DNA from: Asterias rubens
Lineage: Eukaryota
Length of the DNA stretch: 64,000 nucleotides
Assembly (NCBI RefSeq): GCF_902459465.1
Contig: NC_047081.1
Span: forward strand, 3,348,001 to 3,412,000
Direction: 5' to 3'
A program made the position numbers and the translations under genes. Positions 12,301 to 23,899 of the stretch are shown one piece after another (position 1 is the first letter of the stretch; each line of letters opens with the position of its first letter). A model generated the notes under the pieces. That model was given only the letters and a program-made list of their open reading frames with translations. It had not been told where the DNA came from and made no database searches.

Positions 12301-13180
12301 AATATCAAAAATGTAGGCCTACCTTAACTTTTGACAAAATGACTGGTGCTATAAATGACACCAGACATACTAACAAGCAAAAAGAACAGCCAAAAAGCAC
12401 CTGTTTGTAACATAATACAAAAGGCTTTGACTGTTCTTTTTGCTGCTTGCTGAAAGCTGTAGTCCACTTAGTAGACAACACGAATGCATAACAAGTTTTA
12501 AACTCTCAACTTTTAAAATTAAAAGATTAAGATGAGTTTGAGTATCTTGGTAAAACATTAGACCGTTACAAAACACCAACTATTTTCAAGATAAAAATAT
12601 CCCAGCTTCTATAGTAAGCTTCTTTTCGAAGACATTTCAAGTATTCCCTCTCGATTTATCCTCAGTAGGCCAATGGTTATTTTCAGAACAAGAAGTGTAG
12701 CATTAGAGTTTAGACTATCATACAGGTACAGACAGATAGTGAAGAAACAGCTCAAGACTGTGGCTAATAATGAGTGCACATTGAGAAGTAGCACAGCAAC
12801 TCACACATTAATTAAAGCTGTTCTGGATGAATGTCATGATTTTTAACTTGGCAAATTACTTTTTCTGGGGCACTGGGTGATTACAGTGTCATGTTGCAGT
12901 TGTACACTGTAATGTATGATTTGGAGTTGATTGAGGCAGGGTTATTGAGGCAAGAACGAGACCATGTTATTGCTGTTAAGTTATGCACAAAGATAGTCTG
13001 GTTTCTGTCAAAATAAGAATTTACGTACATCTTGAGACTTTTTGTATCTGTCAGTTTCATATGATTTCACACAAAGAATAACAAGAGAACGTCTTCCAAA
13101 TACAATAAAGATGTATTTTAAAAAGTAATAATCTGAATTCCAATGGAGACGAAGCATAACAAGTACAAATTTAACCCTAC

Positions 13181-13406
13181 CTTGCAGCATTTCTTCAAGT
13201 TTCTTTCGGTCAACACGGAATCTTTCTTCCATGTGATCGGGGTCACACATGCCGGGCTCAAGCACCAATTCTTCCCCGTCGTCGTCTCCAACGCATGTCG
13301 GCTGCCCACAGTCCGAATTGTTGTCAGAGCTAAAGTCATTGTTATTGTTACTCAAAGCTACTCCGTGGTCCTGCAAGTCAGAGACTGAGTCGGTGACGTC
13401 CGCCAT
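13181..13406 (-). CDS. BICC1: Bicaudal-C homolog 1, coding exon 1 (75 codons + 1 nt); later exons not found in window
   Basis: Translates MADVTDSVSD...MEERFRVDRKKLEEMLQ. ERFRVDRKKLExMLQ is the conserved BicC motif just before KH1. Ends at a phase-1 GT donor (CAAG|GTAGGG). The ORF-track start (MKKNLAV) is a TTG; the real ATG is 13406. Confidence 0.93.
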
Positions 13407-15561
13407 TACCGCTAGATTCTTCTTCAAAACTGCTTAAAGGAAATACATACGGCACTTATTCATGTCAACAACACACACTTCTAGCGCGAGTGTGCTGGTG
13501 TTTTGCTGGGTACATCCTTTCGTTCATGTGTGGTTCTGAACTCTGAACTAAACAATGCTGCATGTACTTTGTGTTGAGCCCAAATTGCCGCATCACTCAA
13601 TGTTGTTCCGCCTTGATCTGTCAGAAAACAAAACAACCCTAGGCAGGAAAACACAAAACTTGTTTGTTTCATTTGATTGTACCCTTTGGTTTGTCACATT
13701 TATTTTTATAATTATTTCCTCCTATGTATATGAAACATTTATAGTAATAATAAACTACTAATTTACATGATATGTAAAGGTCAAACAAAATACTTTCCTC
13801 AGTTCTTCCTTAGGCCTATTTTGTTCTTTAAAAAATCAATCGATTATCTTAAACGCCATCGATTTCTTTGATGAATACTTCAAGGAACTCATCGATGACT
13901 AAATAGTACTGTACAAATCATTCTATTTTTGTTGTTTTCTTTCCGTGAAAATTGCATGCAAAACAATTTGTGGTAAAAATGTTGATTTAGTTCGCGGTTG
14001 AATATTACTTTCACCTGTAGTAAACCGGTCAAAATGTACGAAGCTCGGAATGTACGCTCGTATCGTCTGCAACTTTTCTCAGCGTAAAGTTGATTGTAGC
14101 AAAACATTTTAAGTATAAGATTCTTAATAGAATATTTTTCAGCAATGTGCATTGTCTTCACAGAGTTTTTTTTTTAATTATTTTATGTTATATATGTTTA
14201 TGGGTTTTTCTGGGGATTTTGTCTTCTTCTAAATCGTAATACACAAAAGCGTAAAACTGAATAAGGAAGTTCCATTCTTCAATCTCGTAACTAATGCTGC
14301 ACCAAATTATTTGAATAATACGTTGAAAGCTATAAGCCACAAGAAGTTAGTTTGATGAGTGCAGGCCGCACCTTGCCCCCATGGTGGAATTTCTAAGAAT
14401 TGACTCACCCGCTTGGGTTGGCACTCAGGTAGGCCGGAGAGAAACCGACACTGCCCGGTACCCTGCGGGGTCCAACAACCACAGAGCATGGGTACAAAGG
14501 GTGACTTTCGTTCTCTAGTCGGTGAGGCCCAATTTCGAAGAGCTGCTCGGGCCAAAATGTACCGACAAGAACAATGTCAAGTAACATAAAACATCTGTGA
14601 CAGGAATTGAGCCATATTTTTTTGGATAACAAGCTCTTTGAAAATGTCCTAAATCACGTTGAAAAGGATCTCTTCATAAAAAAAAAGTTATTTTCCAACA
14701 AAAATAATAAACGCAAAAAATAGTTAATGGCCTGACGTTTCGATCCAAGCAGAGTCTTTCTCGAAGGCTAATGACCATTTAGCCTTCGAGAAAGACTCTG
14801 CTAGGGTCGAAACGTCAGGCCATTAACTATTTTTTTGCATTTATACCCTCGGTCCATTTGGTTGGTTAGTTGTTTGCAACAGCTAATTCTATTTTCACCA
14901 AAATAATAAACGTTTGTTTTAGTTCACCAATCCATCAATATACGGCAGAACAAAGTCGAAAGAAGTGCTGCATGATTAGTCACTCAACTCCAGCTGAAAA
15001 GAGGATGGTGGAATTTTCTTTCCTTTGCTGCTCGAACCAAGCAAAACATAATCAGTAGGGGATAGATTTTGTGTTCCACTTGGAACTCAAACATCAAACA
15101 TTTTCAATTATTTACAAAAGGAAGTGGAATAAACGGGAACGTTAGCCATTTCCACTTTACGTAGATTAAATCTCAACAAAATGTACATGTCAATTAAAAA
15201 CAATAATTTTTGATAATCAGGACTTTGTTTTAAAAGTCACAAAAGATGTGATCATTGAACTGCTGAGAGCTTGACAAGGTCTATCACTACCACTTTTTTT
15301 GTAGCACGCCTTCAGTCAGTCTTATATTATCCAACAAGCGCCTGTTACGAAAACGGTTAACGCCCTCTCGTGTTAGCCTTGCGCAGCCGGGGTTCTGCTG
15401 TCGGTATGCAAATTAGCAAAAATGGTAAATGTTTACGCTGCAGTCTGAGATAGAGTAGTGGATACCTGGGTGACCTGTGCAAGAAATCCATTGGAATCGT
15501 ATATTTTGGAATAGCATCGAAACCCCAAAAGGCAGCTGGTGGGATAAGTAGCCTTTCAGCT
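13407..15561. promoter_or_regulatory. Divergent promoter/5'-UTR interval shared by BICC1 (-) and calcineurin A (+)
   Basis: Lies between two outward-facing first coding exons. Contains a CTCF-like motif (15361-15373, minus) and an ATGCAAAT octamer (15406-15413). TSS positions cannot be determined from sequence. Confidence 0.6.
14713..14838. ncRNA. Inverted pair of minimal hammerhead motifs forming a ~60-bp-arm palindrome
   Basis: Plus motif at 14782-14820 (GCCU UCGAGAA A GACUCU GCU AGGGUC GAAAC GUC AGGC). The mirror motif on the minus strand has a damaged stem II. The arms differ by 2 substitutions and 1 indel around a 7-nt spacer. Confidence 0.62.
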
Positions 15562-15610
15562 ATGGCTACGATTGACGGAAAGCTCTCAACCACAGAGAGG
15601 ATTGTAAAAA
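15562..15610 (+). CDS. PPP3CA: Calcineurin A (PP2B catalytic subunit), coding exon 1
   Basis: Encodes MATIDGKLSTTERIVK + 1 nt, matching the calcineurin A N-terminal motif (K)LSTT(D/E)RVVK. Followed by a consensus donor A|GTAAGT. Phase 1 joins exon 2 in frame (A+GC = Ser). The symbol is nominal: orthologous to the vertebrate PPP3CA/B/C group. Confidence 0.9.
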
Positions 15611-16410
15611 GTAAGTATTTTTGAGAGGGTTATCTTCAAAATTTCTACCTGTACCGCCGCCATGTTTTGTGGTCAAACAGTTGACATAATGTTATTGCGG
15701 TAGCTGGCTATGTTTATGTCGCCGGGTTACGAGTTAAATTTATTTTTACGGCTTACAAGTCTCCAGTTCTCGCTGTCATTATTGTCTTGTGTTAATAAAC
15801 GCTTTTCAAATGTTAGCTGCTGTAATTGGTGTATTATAAATGATCTAAATACTAGAAATTTCGTATGTCAGGGGCCGCCGATATGTCATGTTAAAATTTT
15901 GTGTTTGGAATGGGCTTGGCCCATATCCAACAATCCCAGCTACACACGTATGACACGATAAAATACAGAACTTCAACGTAGTAAAACATGTTTGACATTA
16001 ACTCTTTGTGTTAATTCTTTAATTTCGCTGTAAAATTATGCTGTGCTAGTATTTGAAAAAGTCTTTCCTTTGAATAGGGAGATTGCCTTGCCAGATTCTG
16101 TCATGTCAGTCTGTGTATTTTCTAAACAAAATCAGATGAAATGTCAATAGGCCCCCTAGTCCATGTCATCCATTCATTGCCTTTCGTCCACTGTCATGTT
16201 TGAATGACTGTCAAGTGACTCTCAATGCATCAGTCCTTAAGAACTAGGCATTGTCATAAACAACTTTCATGTATAGTGTGGCTCATTCATTCATGTCCCA
16301 TGTTCCGATCCCATGTTCACATCGATTAAGCCTTTGAAGGGAATTGTTTTCCAAACTCCAACCCTTTTTCTGTCAGGCAGTAGATGATCTGGAATGGTAA
16401 AAGTTTTCTG

Positions 16411-16916
16411 GGATAACTTTCCGTATGGCGCCACCACTTTTTCACTCATTTTTACAAAAAGGGATATATCATTGAGGTAAATAAGATACTATATTATTTC
16501 ATATCGAATGAAAAAGTGGTGGTGCCATACGGAAACTTTTCCTGAACATCTACAACAGTGTACTAAGTGTTGCTTGGAAGTAGGTACCTTCAAATACAGC
16601 CATTGACAACATAACAGTAAACAATTTCCCCTAAACAGCATTGCGAAAATGCTATTCAAATTGTTACACAAAATCATTTGCTACCGATTACTAGAATTCA
16701 GTGTGCACAAATTATGTTTAGTCAAAACATTTTGCTATGCGTAAGTGCTGGATGAAATCATTCCCTGGTATATTTACAGAAAACGGAAAACTTTCTGTAT
16801 GGCGCCACCACTTTTTCATTCGATATGAAATAATACAGTATCTAATTTACCTCAATGAGATATCCCTTTTTGTAAAAATGAGTGAAAAAGTGGTGGCGCC
16901 ATACGGAAAGTAATCC
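16411..16916. repeat. 132-bp inverted repeat (two opposite copies of a small MITE) with a 242-bp spacer
   Basis: Arms 16411-16542 and 16785-16916 are reverse complements with few mismatches. Each arm has its own TTCCGTATGGCGCCACCACTTTTTCA-type inverted ends. Confidence 0.85.
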
Positions 16917-19900
16917 GATGTTTACACCTATAGGTTAGGGTTGAGTTTTCATCAGCCTTCTTGCTTTATGCTTCAACTACCCTACTCAATGCTGTCACAA
17001 GTCATTGAGTTTTCTCTATAGGCCATTCAAGTCCTGCTGGTACATGTACATGTATTCAACTATTCTTGAGAACCCGAGGCTTCCCACCAACATGTATTTT
17101 TTTACTTCCCCTGAGATACTGGATAAGGACCCCTAGAGTGCAGTTGAAGAAAGGTACTGATGCATGGCCTGGCAACACCAAGGGATGTTAAGATAACCTA
17201 AATGTATGAAGTAAATAAAAGTGCAATAACTAACTTACAGTATAGAGACTAGTGGAAAAGACCAGGCAGTTTGACTTGGACATGAATTATTCCATCTCCC
17301 CTTCTCCTGTTTCTCTCCACACCAAATAGTTTGGAATACTTGAACCTGTGCTCCCCTGTGCTAAGCACAAATTGTTGTTAGGGCCTATTAGTTCCAATCC
17401 TTCTGAATCCTTCACTTTGGCAATAGACTGCCCTCTGTGGCTAGGACAGTCGCCATCTTGTAGGGCAAATTGTGTGCGTGTCTAAACGCAAACATCGAAG
17501 CCGCTCGCAGCGTTTCCGGTTTGATTTCTACGGCACATGCACGCACACCCCATGCACATCCTCACAGACGTCATGCGGCAGATATTTGAGTAGTGACGTC
17601 ATATTCAATACTGGCCATGTAGGACATCAGTTAGAATTGGGGTTTGGGTGAAACGAGAAAATGTGAAATAATGTCTCATAAGAGATTCACTGAATCTCAT
17701 GTGGAATAAGGTTTTATTTGGTGAAGTTGACAAGATGTTTTGAAAAAATTGTACCCTGCTTTAAAACCACCATTACCAGAGTACACCAAGGGGTAATGTG
17801 TTCTGGAGTTCATCATTAGGGCGATGCCTAGGTTGCAACAAGAACAGTAGGCATGCTTTGTTTAAATCTGGATTTTGTATAAGGTCAAAAATTGGTCAAA
17901 ATTAAAAAAACAGGTGTCGACATTTTTCACTTACAATACAAACATGTTAATGACAGATAAAACAGTATGTCCAAAAGACACAGACATCCCTTTGGCACCA
18001 AGTCAAAGATCTGGGCAACAGAGGTCATGGACAATGTGTCATTTTAGGCTTGATTTTATTCCCTGAAACACTATTGATCTACTAGAAGTAACCCTCGGCC
18101 ACCACACCCACCCACAGCAATTGCCGTGGTGCCCTGTGCATATATATGCTGTGGTGCCCTATACAAGTCTTACCAGAGGAACATTGCTGTGTCCTGCCCT
18201 GCCAAGGGTAAAGTTCAAGGTCAAAATTTAAGGTATCTTCTATTTTGAAAGTAGTGTTTGATTGTGGTTGAGGACAATATGATGTGTATGAAGAGTTGTT
18301 GATTGTGTCAATAAAGAAGAAACAAAACAAATAACCGACATCGATCGTGTTGAATGTACTTGTACACATACTGGACACAGCTCATTTATACCACCATCCA
18401 AATGCTATGCAATTTTGAAAATTAACGCTTTATGCACACATACATTCACTCAAGCATGGTGTCAAATAGTGTGTATCGTATTGGTTGTTGAAGCACTTAA
18501 CTATGCAAAAATATATCATTACTTGATGGAGGGGAAGACACTAGATTAGAAGAAAATTGCCTCATTTTCAAACGAGAATTTTTTTATCATTAAGTAGCGT
18601 AGAGAGATAGTTGGGAAAGGGTGGGTGGGGAGAGATTGGATTGAGGGGGGATGAAATGCCTGAAGTAAAGTTTGAGGGGTATCGGCGGTAAAACTGAAAG
18701 CAATAATGCAGCCTCAGCTGGTGGATTAGGTATAATGCATTCATCCATATCATTATGATACTGATGTTTCCAACAATTTAATATATTGCTTTTTCTAATG
18801 GCAAGAAATTAAATTTCCAGGCATGCTTTGGCATGAAACCAGGTTTCAAGTTTTCTGATGGTATTTCTTGTTTGTTCATGAAATTCTAATTTGGACTATG
18901 TTTTTTCTCATCTTTTTATTTATTATTCGTCAGTTTTTTTTTTGTATTCTCCAAGTTTCAATTAACAAATATTAATTCAACTTTATCTGAGATGTAACAT
19001 TGTGAATAATTGTAATCAGTGGTTTGAAGTGGGGCTTAAAAGTGATTGGAGAACTAATTCTAGGTGAACGTATTTGACACACTATCTATGAATACTTAAA
19101 AAACTGTTTGTGTTTCAACGGTTATCACATTTCAAATAGTCTTGATGGTAAGTCTTTTCATGAGACATGAAACCTTTTTGGTGATCTGTCTGAATGCATT
19201 TAAACCCTAAGCACCCAAAACCTTCAAATTTAAACTGCATTTTGGTTTGATTCTCTTTGGACTGCAACAGTTGAGTGAAAACAAGGTACTTTTGATCAGG
19301 CATACCATCAAACTCCAACCGTTTGGATGTCAGTCAGTTTGTGTGTTGGATTACCATGGTGTTGGATTTTGTTGGAGTGTCTGTTAAACAGCTACCTGAG
19401 CAGAACGTTTTCAACAGAAATGGTATTTTTACTTGTTTATAATGCACTTGTTCACCATTTTAATGTAATTTTGATATGTGTACATTTCTGAACTTTTCGT
19501 AATTATCGATTAAAAAATCAGGCCCCTACCTAAAGGTTTTTTGAAAAACTAAAATTACTTCTGCCGTTGAGAGCGGGCGTCAAAGGACAATGCCGCTGAC
19601 GTCACTTGTGAGAGTTTGCTTTGTTATACATCCACGCTGCAATAAAGCGGCTTTATCTACTTATGACGTTTTGAGAGTGATTACGTAACGGGGCTTTTCG
19701 CAAATCTCGCAGAAAAGCTCTGGACAAGGGCATACAAAATGATTGTTTTTTTACACAATTGAAACCTATTTATAATCATATGACTCTATTTCCTTATTCA
19801 TCGAAAACATTTTAAGTGGAATTCAGCAAAGTTCATGACTTGACATTTTCGTTCAAGCAGGTCTTTAACAATGTCATATTCAGACTAAGGTTGGGTAAAC

Positions 19901-22107
19901 ATGGCGCCTTTTTTGGTATAAAAAAAAGGGCAACGACACCAAGACATTTTCTTCTTGGGAAAGGGCACCTTCATGAGTAAATTGTAAACTTCTGTTGTAA
20001 ACCATGCAAGGGGCACAAATCAATGACAAGGGGGGCAATAGAAGCAATTGAAGTTTCGGGCCAAAGGTAATGCATTCAATAGCATCAGACTTATGTGACC
20101 ATTCACTTGGTCAGTTTTGGTCAAGACTGTCTTGCTGATTGATTTCGCCTGGGCATTTATTGAAATTCCTATTGGATTATTGACCATTTAAGAAAACTCA
20201 CACCTGTTATAGCAACTGCATACCTCTTAAGGCTCCAGTTATTGTCAAGTACAAAGAGATAAATCCACTATTGTAATGTACAAATGTGGAGTATTGTTCC
20301 TGTATGCGATAGGCTGACTTATTGAATGGAACTACATGGGTCTTAAACGGTCAGGTGTTTCACTAAGTCCTTGAGATTAGTAATGGGGCTAGTGAAGTAC
20401 TACTGTGAGAACCAATATGAAATGGAGTTCAAAACATTTCTGAACTTTTTCAGCTGAGGAGGTAGAGGGGGAGGAGCTAAAAGAATAATTTGAATTTAAT
20501 TTAGTGGCTACATGGGTCTTGAATGGAAAGGTGTCTCACTATGTCCTTGAGATTTGTAACTAAGAAGAACCTAGAATTTAGTTTAGGAAGCCCATTTGCT
20601 GGTTCCAGCAATATGTCAGGAGGGTAGCCTGATCCCTGAATGGAGGGTGCTCAATTGCCCATTCTGTGACTGTGTGTGTCTTTGTTTCATCGTTTCACCT
20701 CACCTGTAAGATTTCCATGGGACAATGTCAATTCCTAAGGCCTCGGCTACATGTATGTCAACAGTCATCTTAGGCAATGTCTTAAAATTTACATGTAGTG
20801 ACAGGGTAGTCTAAGCCCAATTGTTTCTCATGATGGAATATCCTTCGTACCATGAGTGATGATCAAGCTCGACAGAATTTGAGATCATCTCAAGCTACCC
20901 CCTTTCCAGGAAGTAGATTTATAGGAAGTACATCCGGCAAGTGGGGGACAAACTCCTTTCCCGTCTCACCTCAGTGTATGGATCAGTTAGAATCAAGTCT
21001 GTGAGCCATACTGAGTGCTATGACATTGGATGGTATGGTGTGTGGTGCCTTACAAATTATTCACCCTAATTTAAGAATCTTTTATGACTCAATCTATTAC
21101 TAAAGAAATATTTACAAGACATCATTGGAATGTTTGTTAAACCCTTCCCCTTAAAATACATGTACTACAATAGCTTGAAACATTTGAAACCATGCAAAAA
21201 AGGTTGTACACTCATGAGTAAATAATGCTTTAATTAAATTATGTTTTGTCAAACCCTAAACCCATTTTTTTAAGTAGCTATAAAAAAACACTGATTTTCA
21301 AGTAGTTTCTAAGTTTTAGAAATAAAATTTCAGGTGTCAAAATTTAAAATTGTGGCTCAAAGAGGCAGATGAGAAATTATGGTTTAATTATCTTCGATTT
21401 TTGTTCTTGTTTACAGTTTAAGTGTGTATGGTATGAAATTCATAATTTCTTCAGTGCAATACTTTTCATTTCCTGAAATAATATACATTTTATTTGTTTA
21501 TGCCATGTGTAACATTGTTATACTATGTTGAAGACCTACATAAAGTATTACAATGTAATACAGATTTGTGTAGGGTGAATGTGTGGTTTAGATCAATAAA
21601 AAATGCAGATTGGATTAAATGTACAGACAGTACAGATCTATTTATACACTGTACAAATTGGACTTTTGAACTGTGCATGGTGAGGTTGTTGTAAATGAAG
21701 CCACTAAATAAACATCAAGCATTTTTTGTACTGCAATTTTATTTTGAATTCACTTTCACCCTCACCAGTAGGATTTTTTTTAAAACAAATTGTTTGCATG
21801 GTGTGTATTTATATTATAGAATAGGTAAAAGAAAAGTTTTATGTAAAGAAGTCAATACTTCAGAAATGTTTATTTACCAATCTGTTTGTTCAACCGTATT
21901 TCTATTCAACAAGTTTGAAGTCAAGTAATGGTAGTTATCATACAAAGTAAATACTTCAGACTATCTGAAAGAGTTCCTGGTGTTTACTTTGTTGTGCATT
22001 GAGCGTTAAACGACCTAATTTAAAGGACTTCAATTCAGTTGGGCTGATATTGGCAACTGTGTAGTGAATTACAGTGTGTGGCTAATTTAGTTTTAAAAAT
22101 TAGGTGT

Positions 22108-22267
22108 CAGGCCTTTATGCTTGGTTTTTAAAAGGGCTGGGGCACCAAGGCATTTGTTCCTTGGTAAAGGGTACCCTTTGCTACTGCAGCATTTCATGGG
22201 CACGAAGGCAATTACTAGGGGCACAGAGGTAATCGTCTCCGTGCCTCAGTGAAATCTGTCAGGCCTG
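22108..22267. mobile_element. CAGGCCTG-ended MITE with 6-bp TSD (AGGTGT)
   Basis: Homologous to 3303-3475. AGGTGT at 22102-22107 and 22268-22273. Confidence 0.8.
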
Positions 22268-23407
22268 AGGTGTGATGGTTTGTGAATAAAAGTATGGCTT
22301 AAATACTTATGGCTTATATGGTAAGTACAAGACAAATGAGATTTAAATCTTATCTTGGTGCTGATGAAAACAAAAAAAAACAGTTTATGTGTGATCATAT
22401 TTGTTATCTTTCAATTTTGATTCTAAGTCCATCAGAAAGTTTGAGCAACAACCCCTGCACCCTAGTGGATGTTATCCCAAATTGAAACTTTTGGCTAATT
22501 TAAGTGGGATGTGGTTCCTCTCTTTAATCTACATACGGTACATTAAGCACATTTTTAAGGAAAAGGCAGTTATAATTTCCCCACACTTAAAAAAAAAAGA
22601 CAAATAAATAAAATTAATAAATCTAAATTAATCAAACAAGTGTAGGCTTAATTAAATTAAAAATTAATTATTACAAATTGTAGTATTGTTTCAAAGGGGA
22701 GTATTAGAACATTGCTTTTGAAACAAAATTATATAATGGTTTTGGTGGGAAAATAAAAATCATGGTTCTCTTTTATTTGAAGTTTAGGGTACATAAATCA
22801 TTATTCAATTGTTGAACCAGTTAAAGCCGTACATGTAAATTAGTTATCTGAAGATAAATGGGAACAGTCAAAGTGGTGTCTGTGAGTCTTTTGAACACAC
22901 TGCTTTAAACTCAGACATCCTGTTTAACTTAGTAATTTACATGACAAATTGAACAATTTGAACAACAAGTTTTTAAGAATTTTCCCAGCAAATTTTCACA
23001 TCCTCTAACCACATCCTGGAAAAAAACCTTGCATGCCAAATACCAAGGTCACCATAATGTACACTCTGTCCTAGATGCTCATTTTATTTCTTGGAAGCAA
23101 AGTGCATTAATTAATTTAACAGTTCAATAGAAAATATACTGAGTAAACACATGACATATCGTCATAGCAACACATTAATAATGCCTTAATATAACGTCTG
23201 TCACCGCGTTACATTTTCTCACGTAATTAATTCTGAAAAAATTTCTTTCGAAGACCCCAACTGGGAGTGTAGGCGTGATCGCATTATGTTATACGTAATT
23301 TGTTTGTAAGTTGTTCAGATTATCTGTCAAAATAATAAATTTAGTGGCTTTTGTCCTTTTATGTGATTTTGACTTGACATGTTGGGACTTGACTTATGAG
23401 TAGGCCT

Positions 23408-23573
23408 CAGGACTGATTCTTCACGGAGGCAACAGAGGCGATTGCCTCCATGCCTCCTGGTCAATGCCTTGGTGCTCTTGAAATACTCCAGTAAAAATTT
23501 ACAATTTGTGCCCTTGAATGTCAGAAAATGCTTTGATGCCCTTGCCCTTTCAAAAACGAAGCATACAGGCCTG
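23408..23573. mobile_element. CAGGCCTG-ended MITE, opposite orientation, 6-bp TSD with 1 mismatch
   Basis: Reverse-complement homolog of 3303-3475. AGGCCT/AAGCCT flanks. Confidence 0.75.
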
Positions 23574-23695
23574 AAGCCTTGATGTGTTTGATCAAGGTAA
23601 GTTTGATATAATATCACACGTCCATGACTTAACAGCAGGGCTTGAATTTGGGTAAAAAAATTTTTGCTGGGCCAGAATTATTCTAACAAGACCAG

Positions 23696-23899
23696 GGCCC
23701 CATTTCATAGAGCTGCTAAGCACAAAAATTTGCTTAGCATAAACTTCCATGTGATTTTCAGAATAAGCATACAACAGGGGAATACTAGTAACAAGAAATA
23801 TATGTACAACACATGGAAATTTGGCTGGTAATCCTGTTTTTATCAAGGAAGAAATTTCATGCTGAAGCATATTTTTGTGCAGCTCTATGAAATTGGGCC
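23696..23899. mobile_element. Harbinger-type GGCCC MITE with CAG TSD
   Basis: GGCCCCATTTCATAGAGCTGC ... GCAGCTCTATGAAATTGGGCC, with CAG on both flanks. Confidence 0.78.

Noticed and set aside
15640-15670. YY1-like AAAACATGGCGGC on the minus strand with a good Kozak ATG
   Set aside because: The ORF closes after 25 codons. A single motif near a promoter is not enough to call an antisense gene.
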